Source: an uncultured Candidatus Rokubacteria bacterium
GTDB taxonomy: Bacteria; Methylomirabilota; Methylomirabilia; Rokubacteriales; CSP1-6
Direction: 5' to 3'
Length of the DNA: 64,000 bases
NCBI GenBank assembly: GCA_963771355.1
Contig: CAVYTA010000006.1
Location: forward strand, 1,440,001-1,504,000
The position numbers were made by a program, and so were the translations under genes. The notes beneath the pieces were generated by a model. That model was not told the origin of the DNA, did no database searches, and saw nothing but the letters and a program-made list of their open reading frames with translations. Of this stretch, positions 29,008 through 39,130 are shown piece after piece; the first letter of the stretch is position 1, and the number at the start of each line of letters is the position of its first letter.

Positions 29008-29913
29008 ATGCCGGCGCCGCGCGTGTGCTTCGTGACCTGCGCGACCTGGCCCGCCGTCTCGGAGAGCGACGGCTTCGTGGCGCGCGCGCTGGAGCGGCGC
29101 GGTGCCACCGTGACGCCACGCGCCTGGAACGACCCGGCCGCGCGCTTCGACGGCTTCGACGCGGTGGTGTTCCGCTCGAACTGGGACTATCACCACGCGC
29201 CCGAGGACTTCCTCGCCTGGCTCGCCCGCTGGGAGGCGGCGGGCGTCCGCTTCTGGAACCCGCCCGACCTGATCCGCTGGAATCTCTCCAAGCGGTATCT
29301 CGGTGAGCTCGAGCGGGCGGGCGTCTCGGTGGTGCCGACCGCCTACCTCGACGGAGACGATCCCGACGCCCTGCCCGCGCTGCTGTCCGCGCGCGGCTGG
29401 GAGACCGCGGTGGTCAAGCCGGTGCTGTCCGCGTCCGCGCACGACACCGTGCTCGTGGGGCCCGGGGAAGCGGGCGCCGTCGCGCGCACGATCGCCGCGG
29501 GCGGCATCCGGACCCCGGTGATGGTGCAGCCCTTCGTCGAGGAGATCCGGAGCCGGGGCGAGTGGTCCCTCGTCTTCATCGACGGGACGTTCACCCACGC
29601 CGCGCTCAAGCGCCCGGCCGCCGGGGAGTTCCGCGTCCAGCCGCGCTTCGGCGGCAGCTCCACCGCCGAGCGTCCGGGCGCCGAGCTGATCGCCGCCGGC
29701 CGGCGCGCGCTGGACGCCCTGCCCGTCCCGCCGCTCTATGTGCGGGTGGATGGAGTGGAGACGGCGCGCGGCTTCGTGGTGATGGAAGTCGAGGCGCATG
29801 AGCCGGGTCTCTTCTTTGCCCTCGCCCCGGAGGCGGCGGAGGCCTTCGCCGAGGCGATCGTCCGCCGCGTCCTGACTCCGCGCGCCTTGACACTTCGTAC
29901 CGGCGGCCGGTGA
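29008..29913 (+). CDS. ATP-grasp (RimK/GshB-like) protein
   Basis: RSNWDY, WNLSKRYL, VVKP, VQPF, GEWSL, RVDG...MEVE.HEP. Confidence 0.85.
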   Translation: MPAPRVCFVTCATWPAVSESDGFVARALERRGATVTPRAWNDPAARFDGFDAVVFRSNWDYHHAPEDFLAWLARWEAAGVRFWNPPDLIRWNLSKRYLGELERAGVSVVPTAYLDGDDPDALPALLSARGWETAVVKPVLSASAHDTVLVGPGEAGAVARTIAAGGIRTPVMVQPFVEEIRSRGEWSLVFIDGTFTHAALKRPAAGEFRVQPRFGGSSTAERPGAELIAAGRRALDALPVPPLYVRVDGVETARGFVVMEVEAHEPGLFFALAPEAAEAFAEAIVRRVLTPRALTLRTGGR

Positions 29914-29938
29914 CTACACTGCAAGCGGTTTTCAACGC

Positions 29939-30601
29939 ATGACTCCGCCCGACCCCGCGCGCTGGCGGGCCCTCTGTCTGGGTGCCCTCGCGCTGTTCCT
30001 CGTCCTGAGCGCCGGGGCCGCTCTCGGCACCCTCCCCGGTGACGTCGCGGTGCGCGCGCTCGTGCGGGCGCATCTCGGGTCCGAGGCGGGGCCGCTGTTC
30101 CACGGCGTCAATCGCGGGGGGACCTGGCTGGTGCTGCTCCCCGCCACCGCGCTCCTCTTTGCCCTGTCCGCCCACGCACGTCGGCGCTGGTGGCTCTGGT
30201 GCGCGGTGCTCGTCCTCGCGCCGATCATCGAGGATGGCTGGAAGGTGCTGGTGGGCCGGACGCGGCCGGAAGGACCGGCGTTCGGCTTTCCGAGCGGGCA
30301 CGCGACCGCCGCCGCCGCCTATGTGGTGATCGCCCTCTATCTCCTCGGCCGCGCGCCGCTCGGACGCGCGGGGCGCGTGGCTCGTGGGCGCGGTCGTCGT
30401 GGTGGTGCTCGGAGTCGGCGTGGGTGCCGCGCGGCTCGCGCTGGACGCGCACTGGGTGTCCGACGTCGTCGGGCGGCTGGGCGCTCGGCACCGCCTGCGC
30501 GGCCGGCGCCGCCTGGTGGGACGCCTCGCGCGAGGCGGCCGCGCGCGCGGGGGCGGCGCCCGACCGCCGCCGAGCGGCTCGCGCGGCGGGCGGCGGATTG
30601 A
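29939..30601 (+). CDS. PAP2 family phosphatase (frameshifted)
   Basis: K..GRTRP, FPSGHA, ARLALDAHWVSDV. Confidence 0.85.
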   Translation: MTPPDPARWRALCLGALALFLVLSAGAALGTLPGDVAVRALVRAHLGSEAGPLFHGVNRGGTWLVLLPATALLFALSAHARRRWWLWCAVLVLAPIIEDGWKVLVGRTRPEGPAFGFPSGHATAAAAYVVIALYLLGRAPLGRAGRVARGRGRRGGARSRRGCRAARAGRALGVRRRRAAGRSAPPARPAPPGGTPRARRPRARGRRPTAAERLARRAAD

Positions 30602-30604
30602 CGC

Positions 30605-31348
30605 ATGCGGCCCTTCGTCGAGATCGAGAAGGTGAGCTTCCGCTACGGCGAGGTCTCGGTCCTCGAGGACATCGACCTCACGGTGGAGCCGGGCGACTTC
30701 CTGGGCATCATCGGGCCCAACGGCTCCGGCAAGACCACGCTGCTCCGCATCATGCTGGGCCTGCTCGCCCCCACCAGCGGCCAGGTCCGGCTGTTCGGCC
30801 GGCCGCCGGCCAGCCTCAAGCAATGGGGCCGGCTGGGCTATGTCCCGCAGAAGGCCACCTTCGACCCCGCGCTTCCCATCACCGTGGGGGAGGTCGTGGC
30901 CAGTGGGCTCGTCGCCACCCTGGGTCTGCTCCGACGCGTGGGCGAGGCCGAGCGGCGGCGCGTGGGGGATGTGCTCGCCCAGCTCGGCATGACCGCGTTC
31001 GCGACGGCGCGCGTGGGGGCGCTCTCGGTGGGCCAGCAGCAGCGCGTGCTCATCGCGCGAGCGCTGGTGTCCGACCCCGAGCTGTTGATCCTCGACGAGC
31101 CCACCGGCGGCGTGGACCCCGAGGCACAGACGAGCTTCTACGCGCTGCTGCATCACCTCAATCGCGAGCGAGAGGTCACGCTCATCCTGGTCAGCCACGA
31201 CATCGGCGTGGTGGCCAAGGAGGTCACGCGCCTGGCCTGCCTGAACCGGCGGCTGATCTTCCACGGCCGCCCCGGCGACTTTCTGAGCGATGCCGCCCTC
31301 ACCGCGCTCTACGGGCCGGCGGTGCGCGTCGTCTCCCACGAGCACTGA
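30605..31348 (+). CDS. znuC: Zn/Mn ABC transporter ATP-binding protein
   Basis: GPNGSGKTT, GYVPQK, LSVGQQQRV, LDEPT, VSHD, CLN. Confidence 0.9.
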   Translation: MRPFVEIEKVSFRYGEVSVLEDIDLTVEPGDFLGIIGPNGSGKTTLLRIMLGLLAPTSGQVRLFGRPPASLKQWGRLGYVPQKATFDPALPITVGEVVASGLVATLGLLRRVGEAERRRVGDVLAQLGMTAFATARVGALSVGQQQRVLIARALVSDPELLILDEPTGGVDPEAQTSFYALLHHLNREREVTLILVSHDIGVVAKEVTRLACLNRRLIFHGRPGDFLSDAALTALYGPAVRVVSHEH

Positions 31349-31360
31349 GGGAGCCCTCCC

Positions 31361-32656
31361 CTGCCGGAGTTCCTCGCCTACGACTTCATGCATCGCGCCT
31401 TCATGGCGGGGGCGATGACCGCCGTCATCTGCCCCGCCATCGGGATGTTCCTGGTGCCCCGGCGGCTCTCGCTGATCGCCGACAGCCTGGCGCATGTCGC
31501 CCTGGCCGGCGTGGCGCTGGGTCTCTTCCTGGGGATCTCGCCGCTCCTGGGGGCCCTCGTGGTCACGGTGGCGGGAGCGGTGGGCATCGAGCGCCTCCGC
31601 ACCCGCGGCGCGCTCTCGGGCGACGCCTCCCTCGCGGTGTTCCTCTCCGGAGGCTTCGCCCTCGCGGTGGTGCTCATCAGCCTCGCGCGCGGCTTCAACG
31701 CCGATCTGTTCGCCGTGCTCTTCGGCAGCATCCTCACCGTCAGCCCCGCTGACATCTGGCTGATCGGGGGGCTGGGGGCAGTGGTGGGCGTGACCATCGG
31801 GATCTTCTACCCGCGGCTCCTCGCCATCACCATGAATGAGGACCTCGCACGGACCAGCGGGGTCCCCGTCGACGCCCTCAACCTCGTGCTCACGCTCCTG
31901 ACCGCGCTCACCACGGTGGTGGCCATGCGCATGGTCGGGGTGCTCCTGGTGAGCGCCATGATCGTGATCCCGACCCTCACCGGCTTCGCGCTGGGCCGGA
32001 GCTTCCGCCAGGCCATGGCCATCGCCATCGCCATGGCGCTCTGCTCCGTCGTCGCGGGCCTCATCGCCGCCTACTACCTGCGGCTGGCCGCCGGCGGCGC
32101 CATCGTGCTCGCCGCGCTGGTGATCTTCGCCTCGGCCTCGCTGCTGCGCCGCGGGATCCCGCGCGTGCCGCGTCCCGCCGCCGGCCTCCTCCTGGCTGGA
32201 CTCGCGCTCGCCGCCTCCGGCGCGGAGGCGCAGGACGCCCACTGCAAGCGCTATCGCGAGCTCTTCGCCGCCATGCCGGTGCAGATGATCAGCCTGGAGT
32301 CGGGCGGCCGCACCATCGCCCTGCGCGTCCGGGTGGCCGCCACCTCGGAGCAGCAGGCGGCCGGCTTTCAGTGCGCCACCCCGCAGGAGATCGAGCGGAA
32401 CCTCATCCTGTTCGACTTCGGCCGCGAGATCACCACCCAGTTCCACATGCAGAACGTGCCCGCCGCGCTCGACATCGCCTTCATCAAGGGCGATGGCCGC
32501 ATCTTTTCCATCCTGCGCATGGAACCCAGCGCCACCGCACTCTACGGGCCCATGGGCGACTTCCGCTTCGCGCTGGAGGCGCGCAAGGGTTTCTTCGAGA
32601 GCCTCGGCGTGCGCCAGGGCGGGGCCCGGCTCGTGCTCCCGCCCGCCACCCGCTGA
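31361..32656 (+). CDS. znuB: ZnuB-type permease fused to a C-terminal DUF192 (UPF0127) domain
   Basis: SLIADSLAHVALAG, LFGSIL, VGVLLVSAMIVIP; then FHMQNVPAALDIAFI...FALE (DUF192). Confidence 0.85.
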   Translation: MPEFLAYDFMHRAFMAGAMTAVICPAIGMFLVPRRLSLIADSLAHVALAGVALGLFLGISPLLGALVVTVAGAVGIERLRTRGALSGDASLAVFLSGGFALAVVLISLARGFNADLFAVLFGSILTVSPADIWLIGGLGAVVGVTIGIFYPRLLAITMNEDLARTSGVPVDALNLVLTLLTALTTVVAMRMVGVLLVSAMIVIPTLTGFALGRSFRQAMAIAIAMALCSVVAGLIAAYYLRLAAGGAIVLAALVIFASASLLRRGIPRVPRPAAGLLLAGLALAASGAEAQDAHCKRYRELFAAMPVQMISLESGGRTIALRVRVAATSEQQAAGFQCATPQEIERNLILFDFGREITTQFHMQNVPAALDIAFIKGDGRIFSILRMEPSATALYGPMGDFRFALEARKGFFESLGVRQGGARLVLPPATR

Positions 32657-32659
32657 CCC

Positions 32660-33562
32660 GTGCCCCTACACTCCCACGGCTCCCGCCACAAGGGCCGGCT
32701 CCGGGCCGCGCTGGGCCTGGTGGGGAGCTTTCTCGTGGTCGAGCTCACGCTGGCCGTCTGGACCGGCAGCGTGTCGCTCCTCGCCGACGCGGTGCACATG
32801 CTGGTGGACGCGGGCGGCATCTTCCTGAGCCTGGTCGCGATCTGGTTCGCGGAGCGCCCGGCGACTTCCCGAAAAACGTACGGCTACTACCGGGTGGAGA
32901 TCCTCGCCGCGCTCGTCAACGGCGTGGTCCTCTGCCTCGTCGCGCTGGGCATCCTGTGGCATGCCTGGCATCGCCTGTGGGCGCCCCCGGACGTGCCCGC
33001 GGCGCCGCTCATCGTCGCCGCCGCCCTCGGGCTGGGCGTCAACCTGGCGTCCCTCTGGCTGCTGCACGCGGGCGCGCGCGAGAGCCTGAACATCCGCGCC
33101 GCGTACCTGGAAGTGCTGGGCGATGCGCTCTCCTCCGGCGCGGTGCTCGCGGCCGGCGCCACCATCGCGCTGACCGGCTGGTCGGTGGCCGACCCGCTGG
33201 CCGCCGTCATCATCGGGCTCCTGATCCTGCCGCGCACCGCGGCACTCCTCACCCACGCGGTTAACGTGCTGCTGGAGGCGGTGCCGGCCCACCTCGACGT
33301 CAAGGAGATCGAGGCCGCCATGGCCGCGGTGCCCGGCGTGCGCCGCGTCCACGATCTCCACGTGTGGACGCTCACTTCCGGGCGCGAGGCGATGAGCGCG
33401 CACGTCAACGTCGAGCCCGGCACCCCGGCCGACAAGCTCCTCAACGACCTCCACGTGCTCCTGCACTCGCGGTTCGGCATCGACCACACGACCATTCAGG
33501 TGGAGACGGAGGCGGGGCTCGTCCAGATCGGCCCGCCTCCCCCGCGCTCGCCGGGCGGCTAG
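32660..33562 (+). CDS. cation diffusion facilitator (CzcD/ZitB-like)
   Basis: SLLADAVHM, TYGYYRVE, SLNIRAAYLEVLGD, VHDLHVW, HTTIQVE. Confidence 0.92.
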   Translation: MPLHSHGSRHKGRLRAALGLVGSFLVVELTLAVWTGSVSLLADAVHMLVDAGGIFLSLVAIWFAERPATSRKTYGYYRVEILAALVNGVVLCLVALGILWHAWHRLWAPPDVPAAPLIVAAALGLGVNLASLWLLHAGARESLNIRAAYLEVLGDALSSGAVLAAGATIALTGWSVADPLAAVIIGLLILPRTAALLTHAVNVLLEAVPAHLDVKEIEAAMAAVPGVRRVHDLHVWTLTSGREAMSAHVNVEPGTPADKLLNDLHVLLHSRFGIDHTTIQVETEAGLVQIGPPPPRSPGG

Positions 33563-33566
33563 CCGG

Positions 33567-34730
33567 CTAGTACGACCGCGGCAGGCCGAGCACGTGCTCG
33601 GAGAGATAGTTGAGCGCCATCTGCTGTGACACCGGCGCGATCTTGTAGAGGCGGACCTCGCGCCACAGCCGCTCCACGTAGAACTCCCGCGCGTAGCCGA
33701 AGCCCCCGAAGGTCTGCAGCGCGGCGTCGCAGGCGGCGAAGCCGGCCTCCGCCGCGAGCATCTTGGCGGAGTTGGCCTCCTTCCCGCACGGCCGGCCGGT
33801 GTCGAAGAGCCAGGCCGCCTTGAGGCAGAGCAGCTCGGCCGCCTCGAGCTGCGCCGCCGCATGCGCCAGCGGGTGGGCGATGGCCTGGTTCTTCCCGATG
33901 GGCCGGTCGAAGACGATCCGCTCCTTGGCGTACTGGACGGCGCGGTCCAGCGCGGCCCGGCCGATGCCCACCGCCTCGATGCCGACCACGATGCGCTCGG
34001 GATTGAGGGACTCCAGGAGGTGGTAGAAGCCGTCGCCCACGTTCCCGATCACGTCCTCTTCGGGGATCTCGAGGTTCTCGATGACGATCTCGTTGGAGTC
34101 CACCGCGGCGCGGCCCAGCTTGTGGATGAGGCGCACGCTGATGGCCGTGCGGTCGAACGCGGTGAAGAAAAGCGTCATGCCCTTGAGCGGCTTGGCGGGA
34201 TCGCGCTCGCTCGTCCGGGCGAGCAGGAGGAACTTGGTCGCATGCTGGGCATTGGTGGTCCACACCTTCCGGCCGTTGACGATCCAGCGGTCACCCTGCT
34301 TCACCGCCCGGGTCTGGATGCGCGAGGTGTCGGTGCCCGCGTTCGGCTCGGTCACGCCGAATGCCATCACCGTCTCGCCGGTGCAGATGCCGGGCAGGTG
34401 CTTCCGCTTCTGGGCCTCGGTGCCGAACTTGATCACGGGGGTGGGTGGAAAGACGTAGAAGTGGATGGGGGACGCGCCCGAGGTGCCCGCCCCCGAGGCG
34501 CAGATCTCGTGCATCATGATCGAGGCCTCGGTGACGCCGAGCCCGGCCCCGCCGTACGCCTCGGGGATCATGAGCCCCAGCCAGCCGGCTTCCGCGAAGG
34601 CCTTGACGAACTCGTGCGGGTACTCCGCCTTCTCGTCCTTCTCGAGCCAGTAGTCCATCGAGAAGCCCCGGGACAGCGCGGCGACTTCCTTGCGGATCAT
34701 CTCCTGCGATTCGGTGAGCGCGAAATCCAT
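33567..34730 (-). CDS. acyl-CoA dehydrogenase
   Basis: FGVTEPNAGTD, NGRKVW, R..FDRPIG.NQ, GGFGY. Confidence 0.93.
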   Translation of the reverse strand: MDFALTESQEMIRKEVAALSRGFSMDYWLEKDEKAEYPHEFVKAFAEAGWLGLMIPEAYGGAGLGVTEASIMMHEICASGAGTSGASPIHFYVFPPTPVIKFGTEAQKRKHLPGICTGETVMAFGVTEPNAGTDTSRIQTRAVKQGDRWIVNGRKVWTTNAQHATKFLLLARTSERDPAKPLKGMTLFFTAFDRTAISVRLIHKLGRAAVDSNEIVIENLEIPEEDVIGNVGDGFYHLLESLNPERIVVGIEAVGIGRAALDRAVQYAKERIVFDRPIGKNQAIAHPLAHAAAQLEAAELLCLKAAWLFDTGRPCGKEANSAKMLAAEAGFAACDAALQTFGGFGYAREFYVERLWREVRLYKIAPVSQQMALNYLSEHVLGLPRSY

Positions 34731-34839
34731 GGCGGTGACCCTCCCGGGCGCGGCTCGGACGTCTGGCTCCGATCCTACTCCAGGTCGGCCCGCCCGGCGA
34801 TGGTTGCCGGGGGCGTCTCCGCCCGGTATCCTCGACGCC

Positions 34840-35645
34840 ATGGAAACGACTCCGGCCATCCAGGACTATCTCGGCGCCATCTACGACCTCACCGGCGGGG
34901 ACAAGCCCGTGATCGGCGCGCGCCTCGCCCGGCACATGCACGTCTCCGCGCCCTCCATCACCGAGGCGCTCCGGCGCATGCAGCGCGAGGGGTATGTCCG
35001 CCTGGCGGGCAAGAAGGAGATCCGCCTCACCACCAAGGGCAAGGGGATCGCCGAGACCATGGCCCGCCGGCATCGTCTGCTCGAGCGCTGGCTCACCGAC
35101 GTGCTGGGGCTGGACTGGTCGCGAGCCCACGAGGAGGCGCACCGCCTCGAGCACGCCCTCTCGCCGGTGGTGGAGGAGCGGCTCGCCGAGCAGCTCGGCA
35201 TGCCGAGCACCTGCCCTCACGGCAATCCCATTCCCGGAATGCCGGCGCCGGAGGCGCATAACCCCATCCCGCTCAGCCTGGCCCAGGCAGGGCAGGAGCT
35301 GACGGTGGAACGCATCACGGAGGAGGCGGAAGCCGACCGCCAGCTGCTCAACTTCCTCTGGGAGAGCGGAGTTCGTCCGGGCGCGCGCCTCGCCATCAAG
35401 GAGGTGGCGCCCTACGCGGGCACCATCACCGTGCTCCTCGACGGGCGCTCCGTCACCATGGGCCTGGTCGCGTCGGGCAAGATCTGGGTCTACGATCCCA
35501 AGGAGCCCGTGGGCACGCGCCGCCACGCGGCCCGGGAGAAGCACGTGGCCCTGGAGAAGCCCGCGCCCCGGGCGAAACGCTGCGCCGCGAGCGACGCCCG
35601 CGCCGCGAGCGACAAGCGAAAAAGCGCGGGCGGCGGGCGCGCTAG
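34840..35645 (+). CDS. DtxR/MntR family metal-dependent regulator with FeoA-like domain (stop out of frame as sequenced)
   Basis: DYLGAIY, RRHRLLERWL, AHEEAHRLEH, CPHGNPIP. Confidence 0.9.
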
Positions 35646-36401
35646 ATGGCGGTCCAGGGGCTCTTCGCCCTCCAGAACGGCTTCATCGGCTTCGAGCGGA
35701 GCGGGCTCTTCTTCGGCGACCGCTCCGGTGAGCGGGTCCAGATCCCCGTGTGCTGCTACCTGGTCCGGACCTCGGACGCGCTCATTCTCTTCGACACCGG
35801 CTTCTCCCCGCGCGCGGTGCCGGGGCTGGTCCGCACCGACCCGCTTGCCCGCTTCACCGACGAGGACCTCCTCGTTCACCGGCTGGACGCGCTGGATCTC
35901 GAGCCCGCCGACGTGGACATGGTGGTGCTGTCCCACCTCCACTACGATCACGCGGGCGGCGCCGCCCTGTTCCAGGACTCCGAGCTGGTGGTGCAGCAGG
36001 ACGAGTACGCCTACGCGCATTACCCCTCGACCTTCTTCGCGGGCTTCTACTACCGCAAGAACTTCGATCTGCCGGGCTATCGCTGGCGCCGCCTCGACGG
36101 CGACGCCGAGCTCGCTCCCGGCGTCACCGTGCTCCGGAGCGACGGCCACACGCCCGGCCACCAGTCGCTCCTGGTCCAGCTGCCGGAGACCGGGCCGGTC
36201 ATCCTCGCCGGCGATTCCTGCTACTGGCAGGAATCCATCGACACCGAGACGCCGCCGGGGGTGGTGTGGGACCCCACGCGGGCCATGCACTCGATCAAGC
36301 GCCTCAAGACCATCGCACGCCTCACCGGCGGGCGCATCTTCCCGAGCCACGATCCTGCGTTCTGGAGCACCGCCATCAAGTCCCCCGACCGCTACCGCTA
36401 G
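35646..36401 (+). CDS. N-acyl-homoserine-lactonase-like metallo-beta-lactamase
   Basis: FDTG, SHLHYDHAG, GHTPGHQS, AGD, PSHD. Confidence 0.88.
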   Translation: MAVQGLFALQNGFIGFERSGLFFGDRSGERVQIPVCCYLVRTSDALILFDTGFSPRAVPGLVRTDPLARFTDEDLLVHRLDALDLEPADVDMVVLSHLHYDHAGGAALFQDSELVVQQDEYAYAHYPSTFFAGFYYRKNFDLPGYRWRRLDGDAELAPGVTVLRSDGHTPGHQSLLVQLPETGPVILAGDSCYWQESIDTETPPGVVWDPTRAMHSIKRLKTIARLTGGRIFPSHDPAFWSTAIKSPDRYR

Positions 36402-36411
36402 GAGACAGCCA

Positions 36412-37602
36412 ATGGGTGTCCTCGACGGAATCACCGTTCTCGAGCTCGCGCGCGTGGCACCCGCCGAGCTGCCCGGCATGATGTTCGCCGACATGGGCGC
36501 CGACGTGCTCAAGATCGAGACGCCGGAGGAGGAGCCGCCCACGCCGGACGCGCTGCGGCGCGCCGCCTTCGCCTACGTCAACCGCAACAAGCGCTCGCTG
36601 GCGCTGAACCTCAAGGCGCCCGAGGGCCAGGCCCTCTTCAAGAAGCTGGCCGCCACCGCCGACGTCATCGTGGAGGGCTTTCGCCCCGGCGTCATGAAGC
36701 GGCTCGGCGCCGACTACGAGACCGTTCGCGCGCTGAATCCGCGCATCGTCTATTGCTCGCTCTCGGGCTTCGGCCAGAACGGGCCCTATCGCGACTATCC
36801 CGCGCACGACATGAACTACCTCTCGCTGGCGGGCGTGCTCACCCTCATCGGAGAGCCCGGACGCAAGCCCGTCATCCCGCTCAACCTGGTGGCGGACTAC
36901 GCGGGCGCCAGTCTCCACGGGGCGCTCGGGGTCATGTTCGCGCTGTTCGCGCGCGAGCGCACCGGCAAGGGCCAGCACGTGGACGTGTCCTACCTGGACA
37001 CCACCGTGGCCCTCCTCGCCGCCACTCCCAACATGCGGTTCTTCTTCAGCGACGGGATGGCACCCAAGCGGGGCGAGGGCTTTCTCGGCGGATCCTATCC
37101 CTACTACGCCATCTACGAGACGAAGGACAAGAAGCTCCTCACCATCGGGTGCACCGAGCCCTGGCTGTGGGAGAACTTCTGCAAGGCCATCAACCGTCCA
37201 GACTTCGCCGCCTTCGCGCGCAAGCCGGACCAGTTCGTGCGCGCCGCCAATGCCGGCGAAGTGGGGGTGCGCGAAGAGATCGAGTCCATCATCCGCACCC
37301 GCACCCGGGACGAGTGGTGGGACTACCTGGTCAAGGCGGACGTCTGCGTGGGCAAGGTGTACGAGCCCGAGGAGATGGTGAAGGACCCGCAGGTGCAGGC
37401 GCGCGACATGGTGGTGGAGCTGCGGCACCCCACCCTCGGCACCATCACGGAGTTCGGCGTGCCCATCAAGCTCTCGGAGACGCCGGGCTCGGTGCGCCTG
37501 GCCGCGCCGGCCTCCGGCGAGCACACCGACGAGGTGCTCCGCGGCCTGGGCCTCTCCGCGGAGGAGATCCGCGGCCTGCGGGCGAGCCGCGTGGTCGCCT
37601 GA
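36412..37602 (+). CDS. CaiB/BaiF family CoA-transferase
   Basis: ADMGADVLKIE, NRNKRSL.LNLK, EGFRPGV, SGFGQNGP. Confidence 0.93.
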   Translation: MGVLDGITVLELARVAPAELPGMMFADMGADVLKIETPEEEPPTPDALRRAAFAYVNRNKRSLALNLKAPEGQALFKKLAATADVIVEGFRPGVMKRLGADYETVRALNPRIVYCSLSGFGQNGPYRDYPAHDMNYLSLAGVLTLIGEPGRKPVIPLNLVADYAGASLHGALGVMFALFARERTGKGQHVDVSYLDTTVALLAATPNMRFFFSDGMAPKRGEGFLGGSYPYYAIYETKDKKLLTIGCTEPWLWENFCKAINRPDFAAFARKPDQFVRAANAGEVGVREEIESIIRTRTRDEWWDYLVKADVCVGKVYEPEEMVKDPQVQARDMVVELRHPTLGTITEFGVPIKLSETPGSVRLAAPASGEHTDEVLRGLGLSAEEIRGLRASRVVA

Positions 37603-39083
37603 TCAGCGTCCGCCCGCGCCGCCCGGCACCCGCAACGGGATGACCACGAGAGCGTCGAGGGGGACGTCTCGCGACTGCACCGGCAGCGCGACGGAGCGCG
37701 GCTCCACCGGCGAGGTCCGCACCGTCAGATCGCGCTCCGCGATGCCCGTCGCCAGCTGCTCGGCGCCGCCTCGCGCCGCGGGTAGCCAGGCAGCGGCGAG
37801 GAAGTCGAGCCCCGCGGCGCCGAAGCTCTCGGTACTGCCGACCAACCGGTACTCGCCCTCGCGCGCCGTCGCCACCGAGGTCAGCTCCACGCTACTCTGC
37901 GCCCGCAAGATCCCGTAAGCGCGAACGCGGCCGCCCGGGTCGATCAGGAGGGCAAGACCCCGCTGCCGGTTGACGAAGGGGTCACGCTGACGACCCGCCA
38001 CCACGATGCGGCCCTCGCCGGCCTCGGCCGCCCCGTGAACCTCGTTGGCCTCGAGCCCGCGATACTCGCGCGCCGTGCGCAGGGTGCCGTCGTCACCCGC
38101 GCGCAGCACGTAGGGGCTCCGGCCCCCGCGAGGATCGAAGAGCGTGCCCACCAGCACGAGCTCGCCGCCGGCGCCCCTCAGCAGCGCGCGCGGCTGCGCG
38201 GGCACGTCCGTCTCGTACCGGCGGGCCCAGAGCGGTCGGCCCGCCGCGTCGAGGCGGACGAGGAACGACGCCCCCGCAAAGGCCACGCTGCCCGAGCGGA
38301 GATAGCCCGCCACGATGACCCCGCCGTCACCGGTGCCCACCGCCGCGATCGCGTAGCCTCCGGCGCCCAGATCGAGCATCGTCGCCCACTCGACCGCGCC
38401 CCCCTCGGAGAGCCGCGCGACCGCCGGGCCCGGCGTGTCGGCGCTCATGGCCGCGTAGCCCGCGAGAACGAGCGCCCCGCTCTCGAGCGCCGCACCGTGA
38501 AAGCGCTGGATGCCGCCGCCTTCGAGCGTGCGGGCCCAGCGGGGCTCGCCCTCGGCGGTGGCGCGGATGACGAGCGGGCGCGGGGCCGGGGCCGGGCCCC
38601 CCGCGCCCGCGGGAAATCGGCTGTCGCTGTTTCCGAACATGAGGAAGCCGCCGTCGGCGGTGGCCACGGCACCGTCGAGCTCGTCCGTCCCGCCCCCGCC
38701 GTAGGTGCGCGCCCACTGCGGACGCATGTCCGGAATCTCTCCCACCGCGAAGAATGCCGTGCCGGGGCCGAAGCTTCCCCGGGTGTTCCCGAGGAAGGTG
38801 CAGCTACCGTCCGGGCGGCAAAGGGCCTTGCGTGCCCAGTCCGTGCCCGAGCCGCTCAGGAGCTCGCTGCGCCAGCTGCCGATGGCATCCGCGCCCCGGT
38901 CGTTGAGCGGCCACACCGCCAGCGTGCCGGGGCCACCCGACGCGCTCAGGCTCGCGCAGGCGGCGAGCCCGAGAGCCGCGAGGACCGAGAGCGCGCGAAG
39001 CCATCGGCCTAGCGGACGCGTGGCGTCACCGTCGCGACCTCATGGGTTTCACCACGCGGGGAGCATGAAAGGGTGAATTTCAT
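37603..39083 (-). CDS. putative beta-propeller lipoprotein (start uncertain, apparent indel in signal region)
   Basis: In-frame LGLAAC lipobox upstream of the listed ORF; repeated G...WARTY blades. Confidence 0.6.
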
Positions 39084-39130
39084 GGCGCCAAGATAGCATG
39101 CGCGAGGGCACCGCGGTATCATCGAGCCGG

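Noticed and set aside
29887..29920. TTGACA...TACACT sigma70 promoter
   Set aside because: The 22-nt spacer is too long; only the -10 may be real.
21820..30601. Mass pseudogenisation or programmed frameshifting of the metal-uptake genes
   Set aside because: Scattered single-base indels without premature stops and with intact motifs fit sequencing consensus errors; cannot be settled without reads.
34690..37602. 970-aa MntR-CoA-transferase fusion ORF
   Set aside because: The middle is an off-frame reading of the lactonase gene. A TAG directly precedes the lactonase ATG, so one indel in the MntR tail explains it.
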